From assembly GCA_951406725.2 (NCBI GenBank), contig OX597815.1, positions 89,962,001 through 90,026,000 of the forward strand: a stretch of 64,000 nt of DNA, in the 5' to 3' direction. Both the position numbers and the translations under genes were made by a program. The notes beneath the pieces were generated by a model. It did not search any database. It saw only the letters and a list, made by a program, of their open reading frames with translations, and was not told the DNA's origin. Source of the stretch: Octopus vulgaris. Lineage: Eukaryota. Below are positions 41,196 to 55,447 of this stretch, in pieces (within the stretch, counting starts at the first letter, position 1; each line of letters opens with the position of its first letter).

Positions 41196-43348
41196 TCAAT
41201 AGCATCTTCTTTCAATTCTCTTTCCATTTCTTGCTGAGTGTCTTCGTGACACCTAGGGCAGAGAAACGTACTGTATACATTGTTAGGCCGTTATAATAAA
41301 CACATCAGATTGTTCATTTACAAAATCATGTGACAGAGAAAAGGGGGGAAAACAGAGAGAAAAAGGAATAAATAAAAATTAAAATGTAATCAAATAAAAT
41401 AAAAAGGGAAAAAGAAATACAATTCACAGCTCTTCTGAATACATGTGGCGTATTGAATACTATGATTATTGTTTTTGTTGTTATTGTATCATTCCAACTT
41501 AATTGATAAAAGTTATGTTTGGAGTGATTGGAATTATTTGAACAGGTGTTAAAACCAAAAAAAGATATGCTACTCGATTGAAACGGAGAATATTTAGAAA
41601 CATGCAAGTAGAAGAGTGGGTTCAGATAGATTTTATATTTTGTATAAACTAGTGGTTGCTATCCGGGCATAACTTTGCTGACAGATGATGTATGCGAAAA
41701 CTCATCATCTCGGTTACGTTTTTGTCAATTTCTTCTTTATATTTGTTGGTATAATATTTCCACTGTTGGGCAACCAGCTTCCGAAAACGAAATCACCTTG
41801 CTGTCAAGATTGCTTATCTGGAATCTAGTTTGCATTTGAATGGGTTTCATCATGATAAGTCATGAGAAAATTCATACACCCTACCGATGGACTTATTGAA
41901 TATATCAATAGCATCGAAATAGATCTTTCTTGAAATAGTTAAATAACGTCATTGTCGAAGCTAGCTCGTATATTCCCCAACTTTATTGATGGTGATGTTT
42001 CTATTAAAAATTATCTTCAAATTACAATTTCACACAAGTTTTCCATAAAATCAAAGAACTCATATAAATTTTTTTGAGTATTGAATAAATGCAGTAATGA
42101 CAGTTCGTCTCTGTATTCTGAGTTGAAACATGTCGGATTTGATTTTGTCTTTCATACACACAAATTCGATAAAATAAATATGAAACATGAAATTGGTTGG
42201 TTTCATCAACTATAATTACGTGTGAAAATTTCTGACATTGAGCTGTCGTATAAGATCTTTAAGATATTCAAAGTTTTGCATTAATCCTGCAATATCTTGT
42301 ATCATGTTTTCGTGATTGTTGTCAATTGAGTTGAAAAGTCGTCAGATTACCAAGCGAAAATTCACTGGCCCAAATCACCTACACGCTTTTGCTGTGAATA
42401 TACACTCAAATATCTCAACCTTTATAGCAAGATATATTGTACCGATGATCAATAATAATTATTTAAAAAATAATCAATAATTACACAATATCGAGTACGC
42501 TTATTGGAAATTGCTCTATGCCGAAAACACGTTGTAATGAACGTGTTTTGTGTGATCGTGAGGTGTAAATCTGTTGTATCTGAACGGTTCGCATATATTT
42601 GTGGACGAGTAAATATGTGTATTTATGTGTGAAAATTTATGTAAGTATTTTTGTGTGTATAAACGAAATCAATTTGCAGAAATATTCGCAGCCTTAGGGC
42701 AAGTCAATCCTTTAATGATTGTTTACAAATTAAAATGATTTCTTTTCAAATAGATCACTAAATATATTTAACACATGAATGCTTAGTATTTATAGAAGAA
42801 TTGCAGGTGTATTAATTTCTCTTTATGGTGTTTTATTCTATTAATTAATTCAATTATTCTAGTTGTGTTATTTAGATCGAATCGTTTAGAATAGTATTAA
42901 TGGAAATGTATTCATGTTACAAAAATATAAATCAACACAACGAAAAGATTATAGAGAATTTAATTAATGTATGAATAATGATAATTATGTAACAGTGCAA
43001 ATATATTTGGTGGATCTAATGGTAATTATCGATAGTACGATAATAAAATAATGCAGCAATGACTGTAGAAATTGCAACGTTACAGGTAAAATAATCTTTA
43101 CTGAAAATAAAAATCCATAATTAGGAATCCAAATATAGGAATCTGATAAATGTAGGGCCTCACTCGCAAAACTTGCATACTATTCTATATTGATTCGATC
43201 AGGTAAGTATAGGGATTAAAATAAGCAAAATCACTGCACACTCAATATATAATGGTTTCTCCTTTTCATACTTATATCTGCAGTTGCAAAAAGTTTCCGC
43301 GTTTTCCTGATTACATGGGTTAATGCATTCTCCATCTATTGCTTTAGC

Positions 43349-43411
<63 letters not shown>

Positions 43412-43655
43412 AATACTCAATAAACATTGAATTTACATTTATGCGACATGAGCATAATATCGTCAGGGGAAAAAAGATGTAACTTTGAATGGTATATGTG
43501 TGTTTGTGAATTCATTTTTGCAGAGTCTGCTAGAATCTAATGTTTATTGAGTATTGATAAAAACGGCTGTAAATGAAGATGACGTATTTGCTGTTAATAA
43601 TAAACAATTATTAATTTACCAGTCTCCATTTTCTTCCTCTTTAAATGAATATTAC

Positions 43656-43659
<4 letters not shown>

Positions 43660-43686
<27 letters not shown>

Positions 43687-43827
43687 GTCAGTGTATGTAT
43701 GTATATAAATATATGTCTATATATATATATATATATATATATGTTGTGTCAGTGTATGTATGTATATAAATATACGTCTATATATATATATATATATATA
43801 TATGTTGTGTGAGTGTATGTATATAAA

Positions 43828-43858
<31 letters not shown>
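43660..43858. repeat. Three-copy ~61-bp tandem repeat with embedded (TA)n
   Basis: tgttgtgt(c/g)agtgtatgta... recurs at ~43681, ~43742 and ~43803. Confidence 0.9.
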
Positions 43859-43864
<6 letters not shown>

Positions 43865-44037
43865 TATATAGAAGGAGCTTCTACAGGACTAGAACTGTTT
43901 CATTCAAGAGTGAAGATTTCTCTTGAATGAAACAGTTCTAGTCCTGTAGAAGCTCCTTCTATATAATAAATTAATTTTACTCTGCTATGTATTGAGTACC
44001 TTATTTACTGTGGTTAACCCCGAATCAACCCGGGACC

Positions 44038-44040
<3 letters not shown>
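43859..44040 (+). mobile_element. TA-bounded mini-element: perfect 52-bp inverted repeat containing a hammerhead core (Penelope pLTR-like)
   Basis: Arms 43859-43910 and 43920-43971 are exact reverse complements. Plus strand reads TGAAGA-tttc-tctt-gaat-GAAA-cag-ttctagtc-ctg-TA-gaagc. Confidence 0.75.
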
Positions 44041-44076
<36 letters not shown>

Positions 44077-44899
44077 AGAGAGAGAGAGTGATAGATACAT
44101 TTGTTTTTGTTTAAAAGGATGTATTGTCTTAGCTTTCTCAGTTTAGCGTCAGTTTAGTATTGCCAACCTCTCTGTCGTTGCTGGTTTCTTATCGTTCCGC
44201 TATCAACGGAATTCTCTACAATACTATTGCACCTATAGCAAAGAATTCCGACGAAACTACACACATGACTTGAAAGGGACTTAGCCTGAAGCCTGCTGAT
44301 AGTCCAATATAAATGGGAAATTATTCAGTGCTGTAAATCTGAACCAGGGCTGCACTGCATCACCGCCGTGCTTCAGAGCAGCTACCCAACAACACTCAGC
44401 GGCACTTGTATAAGTACCACACCTTCAAGATTGAATCATACGCAGCTTCCTAACGGCGATCTCAAAATCGTCGGCATCAATTTATTTTACAACGTAGATC
44501 AAAAATATTTATCGATATTTTCCATAATGGTTTAACCTATATTTCAAATTAAAATATCATTAAGCGTCTTTGTATAAGTTCAATATACTACGTATAATAA
44601 AATAGTCATATATGTTTCCCAACTAAAGTACACTAAATGTTACTTCATACCAAAATACGATATCATTGAATGTTTTCCCCACCATATATTTGAATACCTT
44701 ACTATATAAAACGAAATATACCTAAGTTATGACAATGTAAGCACATTAATGAGAAATAATGAAATAAGGCCTTGTCAACGAATGTAATATATTCATATCA
44801 AGATACATAAACGCCAGAAAACTAAAACGTAATAATTATAATATTGGTATATATTTATGTATAAACAACTTTTCCTTGTTTATCCAGTGCTATTTCCTT

Positions 44900-46910
44900 G
44901 GTGACACGCAAAACCTTTAAAACAAGAAAATACATTTGTCCCAGGTATCCGTAAGTTGACAAACGAGAGTTTTAATATTCTAATTTGTTTTCAGTGTAAT
45001 GGCATTTTTCTACAGAATAGAGTTGTTTAGCAGCTATGTTTCACGCAATCCATACTTGTCACCATAAGTTACCGTTAACTTTGAAACAAAACAAATCCTT
45101 CCTTGAAATGAAAGGTGACTCGTTTTTAAAATAAATAGCATATTCTGTCAGTTGGTTGACAACATTTACTGACTCTTAGATCCATGGATTTTGCCTGTAA
45201 ATTTGCTTTGATCACTTTCGTACTTTTTAAAGTCTTTGCCTCTTACTTTTAATACCTAGATTGTATTGTCATATTTATTTTCATATTTTGTTCATCTAGT
45301 TAAGTTTTGATGAATTCGTCTCGAAATCCCAGCGTCCATTGGGTTATAAGCCGTCAAAACATATGACATAAGAGCTCTCATTTTTGCTAGTTTGCTTATT
45401 TCTTTGTAGATTTGCCTTACTCTATGAATTTCACTATCAAATGGTATATTTATTGTAGTCTATAACTTGTTGTGGGAAGATTCGAGTCTATAGTACAAAG
45501 TTTTTTGTCTCATATATATCAAATGTAAAATCATATTTTTGAGAAGTAAATGTGCACGTGAGCTGCTAACTTTTTTATATAGATTATGTACAAGGTTCTA
45601 AATTTTAAATTATTCTAGTCACTATATACCGAAGAAAGCGAGGTTGTTGTTCATGTAATCCTTAGTAAATTAGATGAGAAGCTTTATATTGTTCATCGTA
45701 TTTTAAAAGTCGTTTAGTTGATCAAGAATTTTCCTCCATGAAGTGATTCAATCCTTCAGAAAACTTATCCAGTTCCTTTTCAAGTAAATACTGCAATTAT
45801 TCGCAAATACTTGTGAGGTTTGTTCATAGATTTTAACTTCATCATATCCCCAAAGTAGACTAGCGTAAATCAATACAACTTTGTTTTCTGCAACTGTGCC
45901 TGCTATCTGCCGACAAGTTGTTTGATTGAATATGAAATATGTATTTTCTGAAGTAAAGCGAAACCCATCAGTAATAAAGTCCTTATTGATGCAGTTTGGT
46001 AGATCATGAATAAATGATTCGAAACAGTAGTTGATAATTTCAATTGCGTAATTTTGTTTAATACATCAAATGAAACAACGGAGGTATTTTTGTCTATTTT
46101 AGTAAAAGGTTAAGCATATTGGAATTGTCTCTTATAAAGCTTTGGTATATATATTTTTTCACGAAAGGTTTCAGCAAGGAATATAGATAAATTACCGAAG
46201 CGATGTGTCTTGTACATTATCAGACCAGTTACAATGTATATTTTACTGAAATTTGTAGATATTTCTTGTTTTGTATTTAAAACGATGTGGTAATCTACTT
46301 CTTTATTGGTTACATCAAATCAATATGAGTACGAGGTGTGGTGCTGAAAAGTTCCTCAGCGGAAAGTACTGTTAGGGTATCGCGAAAGGTCGGATTGGAA
46401 ACCCAAACTTGCGAGATCTCTTACAGGGCTTAGAAAACCTGAAGGATCACTGCTATAAATGTGTGAATCTGAGAGGGGAAAATGTTGTATAAAATCCTGT
46501 ATATTATTATTTTACCCAAAGCCAGAAATTTTCAGCATTATCTCGTATAGTAAAGCACCCAATCAGTTCTTTCCAAACATTCGTATGTTTGTAGCTTCTG
46601 GATTCTTCATATTATTTGTGCAGTTTTATGTCTTAGTATTTTATGTCCGTAAAATCATCAGCACCTACCCTATAGGCTACTTTTGTAAATATGTTACTGC
46701 ATAATTTTGAATCCTGTAAATGAGCCCAAGTTTGTCTGACTGAATTGGATTTTGTTTGTTTTATCTCTGTTGATTAAAATGTGAAGTCTGAAGTATAGTC
46801 AAGAAAATTCAAAATCACTAAGTTCCTGTCGCTTTCATGCATTTCTAACATTGTTTAAGCCTTCTCTTTGCTTTATTCTTCAAAAGTAATAAATCTAGTT
46901 GCTTTTCTAC
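44900..46910 (-). mobile_element. Old Penelope-like element (RT, decayed GIY-YIG region)
   Basis: KTHRFGNLSIFL; TSVVSFDVLN; DFITDGFRFTSENTYFIFNQTTCRQIAGTVAENKVVLIYASLLWGYDEVKIYEQ; NWISFLKD, collinear with the 28000-29050 RT. Confidence 0.8.
46330..46547. mobile_element. Tc1/mariner MITE nested in the Penelope
   Basis: TIRs tacgaggtgtggtgctgaaaagttcct / ccagaaattttcagcattatctcgta with TA ends. Confidence 0.75.
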
Positions 46911-46963
46911 ATATCAACAGAATATAAACGAGCATTTACATATACTTATATATATTGCGTACA

Positions 46964-46999
<36 letters not shown>

Positions 47000-47003
47000 T
47001 GTA

Positions 47004-47065
<62 letters not shown>

Positions 47066-47066
<1 letters not shown>

Positions 47067-47178
47067 TGCTCGCTTAGCCAGCGGGTTGGCGTCATTCGAA
47101 GGCTAAAACAATGCGAACGCATTGTGACCAGCGATGTGTAACAATATCTGATGGTCTGGTCGTTCACGTGATCACGTG
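47066..47178. mobile_element. Short GC-richer repeat fragment inside (TA)n
   Basis: ctgctcgcttagccagcggg...ends in the palindrome tcacgtgatcacgtga; family not determined. Confidence 0.45.
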
Positions 47179-47189
47179 ATATATATTTA

Positions 47190-49135
47190 TATAAGAAGAG
47201 AACGAAAATGCACACACTTAGTTTTAATATATTCTTTTGTATATTTTATATTATGTTTGTCGACCGGTTTTGCTTTCGCTAATCATGACATTGAAATTAT
47301 TGTAATTTCGTATTTCCTTAAGATTTTAGTTTATGTTGTACGTGGAGAAGTTTATGAATGAATGATTCAACAAGTAGAAGAAGCTAAGGAGAGGTAAATG
47401 GTGATCGCTAATATTGGAGACAAGAGAGGCAGCTAATCATCTTTCGGATGGTATAAATATGCACAAAAAACTCGAAAGCTAAAGTAGTGAGAAGTAAAGT
47501 GTACAGTGATGAGTATGTGATCATGACTTAAAATATATGCTGAGATGAAAGTTGGTTATGCGTTCATTTTTAGACGTGTTGTGGGGTTTTTGAAGAACAA
47601 GTTTTCTTTATTTTAACGTTCTTGTCTAGACATTGTTTCTTTGCATTAGTAGATGGCGAAGACTGTGAAGTTTGGTTGGATATTACCTGCACATCTCTCT
47701 ATGTGTTCACTCAAAGGAATCTGTTTTGCGGGAACCAGATCTGTTCCTTACGTAGTGTGGTTCTCCGTCTCAGTGTCATACGTGTCTGTCCTATGTAGTT
47801 ATGTCCACAATCTGAGCAAGCTTTAACAAAAATTATATTCTCGGAAGCAAAAGTGAAGTTTGTTTTAATTATGAACCTCCATACTTTTTTGAATAGAAAT
47901 TCCGAGCCTTCCACAGTTTGGCCGCCTACATTTTTAACTGCTGGTTTCGTAGTTGTGTAAAGCTTTGCATTTGTTAGAAATCTTTTCTTGCGATTTGTGT
48001 TGCATATTGCATTTGATAAAATTATGTTTTTCAGAATGTAGTTTAGTTTTGGATTTCTAGTGAGCGTTGGTAAATTTTGTACAATATGTTGTAAGCTTCA
48101 TTGTTTCTAGAATTATAAGTTGATGTATACAGTAGTATTTTGAGATGAGGCGTGGTGTTACGTTTTGTTGCCCTTAGTGTTTTAATCTCTAATGAAATGT
48201 TTGATGCAATTTCGTCAAGGGTTTCAGTGGGATGTCTAGAAAATTGCTTAGGCGGTGGGTTCCAAAGGCTGGGCCAGCGATAATGGGTCTTAACGTGAAG
48301 TCGCCTTTTTTTCTATCAGGCCTTTTCCATGTAGTAGTATTAAGGATGGAAGATTTTCCATTGATTTTCTTGTTTATAGTTTACAATTTTTTCGTAGAAG
48401 ATATCATTTTCTTGCATGGATAAAACTAGAATTCTGTAGTAACCTGTATCCATCAGGACTGCAGCACTTCCTTTGTCTGCTTCTTTAATTGTCAATTGTT
48501 TGTCGCTTTGTAGTTCAATTAAATTTTTTCGATTCTAGATTGTTGAGGTTTCTATTAAGTTTTCACTTATGGAAAGTATTTGGGAAATTTTGTATATGGT
48601 CGCAGAAGTCATCTAATGTTTTATTCTTAGCTTTTGGTGAAATATAATTACTACTGTTTTTAACTAGTGGTTCATACTCGTTGTTGTACTCTGTGAGTCG
48701 TAGTTCTCTGCAGAATTCCGAAATATTGTCTTTAATTTCATTCTGGTTAGATCTTCATGGGATTGTGGCAAATCTTAATCCTTTAGCTAGTATAGGAATT
48801 TTGGTTGCATAGAGAGTTTTCTTTGATAAATATGTTACTTTGTATTTCTCTTGTATGTATTGTGCTAACGCGCGTCTCTGTTTCTCTCCACTTGGTCTAA
48901 AATATTGTTTACTGTAATTTAGTTGGTAGGATTTATCAGAGTTATAATTCTTATTAATTATATTAGGATTGCTAGGAGACTGGTATTGCTGTCTGGGTAA
49001 ATTGGTTGGAAGTAGATGGTGCGGGTTTTTTTTTGTTGGAATAAATTGTTGGGGTACTTAATTATGTTTCAGATGCTGTGGAGTTGCTTTTGCTGTCTCG
49101 GTGTGTGTTTATTTATTCATTTGATAGATATATTT
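47190..49135 (-). mobile_element. Internally deleted Penelope-like element (N-terminus, thumb end, GIY-YIG and 3' hammerhead; RT core missing)
   Basis: IKEADKGSAAVLMDTGYY and RPIIAGPAFGTHRLSNFLDIPLKP join directly to IKTLRATKRNTTPHLKILLYTST; KKCRRPN; IIFVKACSDCGHNYIGQTRMTLRRRTT. Confidence 0.85.
47258..47290 (-). ncRNA. Decayed minimal type I hammerhead at the Penelope 3' end
   Basis: Minus strand tgtc-ATGATTA-gc-gaaa-gc-AAAA-ccgg-TC-gaca versus consensus tgtc-CTGATGA-gc-gaaa-gc-GAAA-ccgg-TC-gaca: three core substitutions, all three stems intact. Confidence 0.6.
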
Positions 49136-49443
49136 ACTATATAGGCATAGGCATATATGCATATATATATATATTTCATTTCGAAAAATGTCGTCCTACG
49201 CAATGAAAAAGTATTGATAAGAGCAACATAAAATTTCACTGATCAAAATGTCTTTAATTACGGAATTTTTCGAGTTCCTTAATTTTATCTCTTACGGTGA
49301 AATTAATCAATGGCAATATTTATTGGGATATATTTCCTTGATATCAAAGTCAATATATCCGAAATAAATTCGGATGATATCTGGAATTTTATTACACGTC
49401 AATAAATCTTTAACCTATATCCATTTATATATACACACCAAAG

Positions 49444-49533
<90 letters not shown>

Positions 49534-50333
49534 TTTATGAAACGAATGCACGGCGACTGATTTCTGTTTATCTGTTCCCTCCCTACATATTCTTTGGTTT
49601 TCTAGAATAATACACTGTTATGCAAACTTTCAAAATCGGTGCATTTTTCCTATAGCACTTTTACTAAGTAATTCCAAATCATTGTCTATTTTCCCCTTCA
49701 ACGAATTCGAGTTACCATACGTGATATAATAGCAATAGCCTGTCGACAGAAGACAGCCAGCTCTCGGGCTTCTTTGGAAGACTGGTGAGGTTTAATCACG
49801 TTCTATTTGCAAAGCACATATTCACAATCACTTTCTCTCTGTTTTCGTATGTGCGCGTGTGTGTGTGTGTATGTGTGTGTATGTGTGTTTGTGTGTGTGT
49901 GTCTGTTTAATTAGTTTAAACGTCCGTGTAAATCTGGCAAAACACGAGACATGAGTATAATAACTATTATACAAAAAGAAAATAAATAAATTCAGAGCAT
50001 AAACCCACGTCTAGATAGAAGAGATGGGAGAACTTATATCGAACAGTTTCAATTTCCTGTTTTTTTTTTTGTTGCCACCATGAATTAGAAAATGGGGTTT
50101 ATATTTGGTGAAGGGCGAAAAATAGCTGCACCTCCAAAATCAGTGGGTATTTTAAAGCCTTATTTGCAAACGTGTTCTCTCTTTGAGATAAGTTTTATGA
50201 ATAGTCTCCAGAATAGAATGAAGATTATTCTGTTCAACCTGTATACGTACATACACGCAAACGCACGTACACACACATACACACACACGCACACACACAA
50301 TATATATTCAACTAGTTTGCCCGATTTTTGTAT

Positions 50334-50403
<70 letters not shown>

Positions 50404-50669
50404 CTTCTACATTGCCATCTTCGACGGTCATTTTGCCTGGAATCACTGACATCCTCAACTGGAAGCATAATAATATTTAACTAATGTATGAAGAAGACAA
50501 TATTTACATAATGACACTGGGCACAAGTCCTTTAAAGCAGGAAAAACTAAAAGTTATAAGCCAATGACGATGATTGTCGTTAATTTATATTTAATATGTA
50601 AATGCAAGTATGAACACACATATATATGTATTTGTGTGTGGGTGTGTGTGTGTTTAAAATGTAAGAATT

Positions 50670-51250
50670 GTATCAAAGTATGGAATGATGATATTCCAGA
50701 TGACCACCAATACGAAATGTTAAATGACATATATGATTCACGAGCCTATGGAAAGTAAATGTTGTTGTACCATTCAATGGCGTTCTTATTACTACATGTT
50801 TCATCTGTTTTGATTGCACATGATCTGAGGGAAATAGAAAAGCATCTGTAAATAGTTATATGTAGTCTCAGTTGAAGAGGAGAGAATATCAATATGGTTA
50901 GCGCAGGATGAAAAATGTTCCATCAAGAAACTATAGGACAAAAACTAGAATGTCTGACATGGATATCTAGAAATTAAGGCTACAACTATAATTTTAATGA
51001 AATATTTTGAAGACATTGGTACTTATTGCATTTAATTACAACGTGGGCCTTTTGTGAGAAATGCATGATATAGAATATATTGCTGGAATTTGTTTATTGC
51101 ACTTAAATTAAATGCACAACGTGTGTAAAATCATAAACTTACCGGAAATCAATTAGAAAATGAATAGGTCTCATCCATTTATAAAACTTATGCAGCCGAG
51201 AAATAGGTTAAGATCTTACAGGGATAATAATTAATAAAGTGAAGATTTAT
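50670..51250 (+). mobile_element. Decayed RTE-like LINE RT fragment
   Basis: CIKVWNDDIPDD (cf. IW....IPDDW) and EYQYG*RR (cf. QYGFR). Confidence 0.35.
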
Positions 51251-52360
51251 TTCGTTGCAGCTAATCTCGTTCAGTTAGATAAAACCTCATATCTGACAAA
51301 CTGTTTGCTGCTCCAACACTGTTTAAAGAAAAACTTGGAAATGTGATTGTAATTAATATTTTAAATATTTCGCTTTTTAAATACATTCGTTGATTTTTGC
51401 TGCTGAAGTATATCGTGCACTATGATCGCTACTGCATAAAAATATGTGATCGTTTTTATATCGCAAACAATATGTCGCAGAGAATGCAAAGTGATAGCCA
51501 TTTATTTCACTCTATTATTTTTCAAAGAATCTACCAATGTTTAACTGATTTTGGATCTTTCCGTCCTTCATCACTTTTGTTAAAAGCTACATAAGAAACA
51601 ACATTATTGAAGCGTAAGCCAAGAAACCTACCGTAAACTAAAACTATGCGAATAATACCCTACATTTTGGGTTAGTTTTGGCAAACATATTTTCTTCTGA
51701 TTATGATTTTCTATACCGTTACAGTGCAAGCGACCAGGTAAATAGTACAAATACTTTACATCTTTGAATAGTTATGATTAAATCTACATATATTACATTC
51801 TTATTCAACTGTACCAAATCCAAACTATTATAACTGCAACGCTAAACAATTCTTATCCATATATTTTCGCTTTCCACACTGCCTAACGGGACAAAATATG
51901 AAACACAAACATCGTAAGATTTGACTAATAATAAACAAACATATTCTACTTTACAAATGAGTATAAGACTGCTGTAAGGCCCTTTAAATTCTCACGTACA
52001 TAAATACATGCACACAGAAGCACACACACATATATAAACGGTTACTTTCGTTTTATTTTTATGTAGGTGTAGGTGTGTTCTCACTTGCTCCAGTTGATTT
52101 TGGTTGTCATAAATTTATCCATAAACATATTAACTTCGAGAATGGATCACTTTGCAAGTATACTATCATTCAAACTGTAAATAACTCTGCTTATAAGCCT
52201 GGTACACAATGTAAGCAAATGAGGCAAGGTTATCGGTTTCTTGGGCGTGAAATATCTTTGGTTGAGCATAATTTCTATAAAGAGATTTTCTTACTATAAA
52301 GTGAATTTCCCATATTCAATATCAAAATATCATTACTTACTGCAATAATATATAAAAGAA

Positions 52361-52518
<158 letters not shown>

Positions 52519-53087
52519 ACATACGCATATAAATATATGTGTGCGTGTGTGTATGTTCATGGATATGAATGTATGCATATATATATACATAAACATATAT
52601 ATAGTCACGTAACATGTACATGTTTGCATGTATGTAAAGAAGTTATGTATGTATAGCTCATACGTAGAGTATATTCAATCTTATTCTCATTTCAGATAAT
52701 CTAATATAGGACTGGTAAAAACATCAATATTTTACAAATGAAAAGAAGAAAACACAAATAATAAATGAACATATATCAGCTTTTTTTTTATATACTTTTC
52801 CCAGAATCTTCTTTAATGGAAATTTAACGCAAAGAGATTACTCGAAGCAGTAATTTCATCAGATGGCAAAATATGTGATATATTCGCTGTGTCTATGTAA
52901 TCCAACAGAAATAAACTACTTTGTGACTAGATGTAACTCTGTTGCTATTTCCGTGAAAAATTTTCAAACACTTTGCTGGCAATTTTATAGCACTTCGACA
53001 GTTTTAAAACATTTGCGAAAAAAGTGTTTATATGTACACAAACACAAACACACAAACACACACACACACAGACACACACACACACAG

Positions 53088-53118
<31 letters not shown>

Positions 53119-53141
53119 CATATATATGTGTGTATATATAT

Positions 53142-53175
<34 letters not shown>

Positions 53176-53530
53176 GTATGTATATCATATATATGATATA
53201 TGCATACACCCGTATGTTTGTACATACAGAGAGAAATACACTATTATAGGTATATATGTGTTTGTGTATGTGCATGTTTGTGTGTGTCTGTGTGTGTATG
53301 TGTGTGTGTGGGCGTGCGTACGTGTGTGTGAAGCTTCAAAATAATATTTTCATGACGATTTGCAATAAAACACCAACATAATATGATTAAATAATTATAT
53401 ATGGTAGAACATACACGAGTCATTCCAAAGTGGCCACCAAATACATACATACCATAGATATATATATGTTTATATGTACACATATATTTATATATATACA
53501 AACACACACACACACAAACATATATATATG

Positions 53531-53598
<68 letters not shown>

Positions 53599-55326
53599 CA
53601 CATATATATATTCGCATATTGATGTAGGGCATTACTTTACTGTTGTAGTTGTTTTTAAAATGGCTGTTTTCTTCGGAGAACTAAGCGATAATATTTATTT
53701 TCCTTGGAGATTTGATTTTAATATCTAATATTATATCTCCACGTACTCTCAATTTATTTTAAACATCAAATCAAATAAATTTTCAAATCATATATGATAA
53801 TATGTAATAACAGTAGTGCAGAAGAATAATGAATAATATAATTGTTATGTTTATTTTTTTGTTTCCTGTGTGAAGATGCTTGTAAGGTTTTGCTGAAACT
53901 GTGATAGGACAGTAGAACATATTATTTATTCGTGATATATCGGTAATATGTCTTCAACTTTGCTGTTCAAGGTTATTTGGGGCAATAATAATTTTTTTCG
54001 TGTAGTAAGAAGTTAATTTTGTTTTATAGTGTTTACATCACGCACACTTTCGGCAGTAGAGAATAACAAATGGTGTGAACCTCATATTCCGATCATACAG
54101 AAATTTCAAAATATTAGAGAATAGTACTGATTTCAGTTTCTTTCGGCCGATGTCAATATACGACTGGATGAAAGCTTCACTTATCTATGCTGTTCGTAAA
54201 CCTATATGTTCGTTCTGATGATTTATAGGCAGAACGGTCTGCTTCCGTGGTAAGTGTATTAGCCTTAGTCAACAGTATATTTTGTACGGAAATAAAATCT
54301 CAAAAGCTCAGAAGATATATCGTGTAGTATCTTGTCCGACGCTATATGAATCCCGTTTATTCAGAGCTCTTAACAGGCCCGACAGTTCTAAAATAAAATG
54401 TTACCTTAGCGAGAGTTAAAATCAGAGAATCCAAAATATGTGGTCTATTTATTCTATCAATCCGTTGTTTTATGCGGTTACTTGAAATTAGCCAACCTTT
54501 GCTAATTCGACTTTTGTTAAACTTGCGCTGTTCTGTTTATAATTAAAATCTTTAGATATCCTTGACCCACTTTATATAAAATTATTTCCGCACGTGTATC
54601 ATAGAATAATAGTATTGTGACCTTGCCTTGTAATGTATAGCTAAAGTTTTTCAATAGACTGCATAGGAGAAAGATCTTAATATCATATTTGAGACATTGG
54701 GCAATTCAGAAAGCTTGGGCAACTGCATTGCAGTACTGCTCAAGTATCAAGAATATTGCTGCTGTTACACGTACAGGAACATCTAAAGCAACACAAACTA
54801 CTTGACGCCCCTTGTCATGTCATTTATAAAACTCACTTTATTAGAGTGATCAGATCTGCCCCCAAATGGTACATATCATGCATATGTGGATAATGGACAG
54901 TTCAAAGTTTTTCTGCTGGACAATAAACCAGCAATATTTGACAAACCGTTGGAATTACAGTTAGTTAAAGATACACGCAAATTGCAATATATTCTCGATG
55001 ATGGGTCAGATGGCTTTTGCCTGAACTCTATAGTGTGATATCTTTAGGTTAAAACAAAATTGAAACATAGAAATCACCGGGAAAGTAGTAGTTTTCAGTA
55101 AAAATGACAATATTAAGTATTTACAGAAGGATTATAAAAACTAATTCTGAGTTGAGAAGTGTGAGTCTCTTTAGAGATGTTTGTTTGCATAGAACTAGCA
55201 TCATCTCTGATTCGTAATCAGAATGACTTCAATATAGATCAACAAGCTATTAGTACCGAAATGTTACCCGGTTCACAAAAACAATTACATTAGTATGATG
55301 TGAGATCATAATATATTGTGGGCGAC

Positions 55327-55447
55327 AAGGCGGCGAGCTGGCAGAAGCGTTAACACGCTTGGCGAAATGCTTAGCGGTATTTCGTCTCTTTTTATGTTCT
55401 GAATTCAAATTCCGCCAAGGTTGACTTTGCCTTTCATCCTTTCGGGT
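55327..55447 (+). mobile_element. Deu/Nin-like SINE, 3'-truncated
   Basis: aaggcggcgagctggcagaagcgttaacacg...ttcaaattccgccaaggttgactttgcctttcatcctttcggg, matching 17554. Confidence 0.85.

Noticed and set aside
41650-42150. Plus-strand FCQFLLYI..NEITL..DGLIEYI, similar to the Helitron Pif1 mid-region
   Set aside because: Too degenerate; no diagnostic helicase motif recovered.
43660-43858. Regularly spaced repeats resembling a CRISPR array
   Set aside because: Spacers are (TA)n rather than unique sequence, the context is eukaryotic and there are no cas genes.
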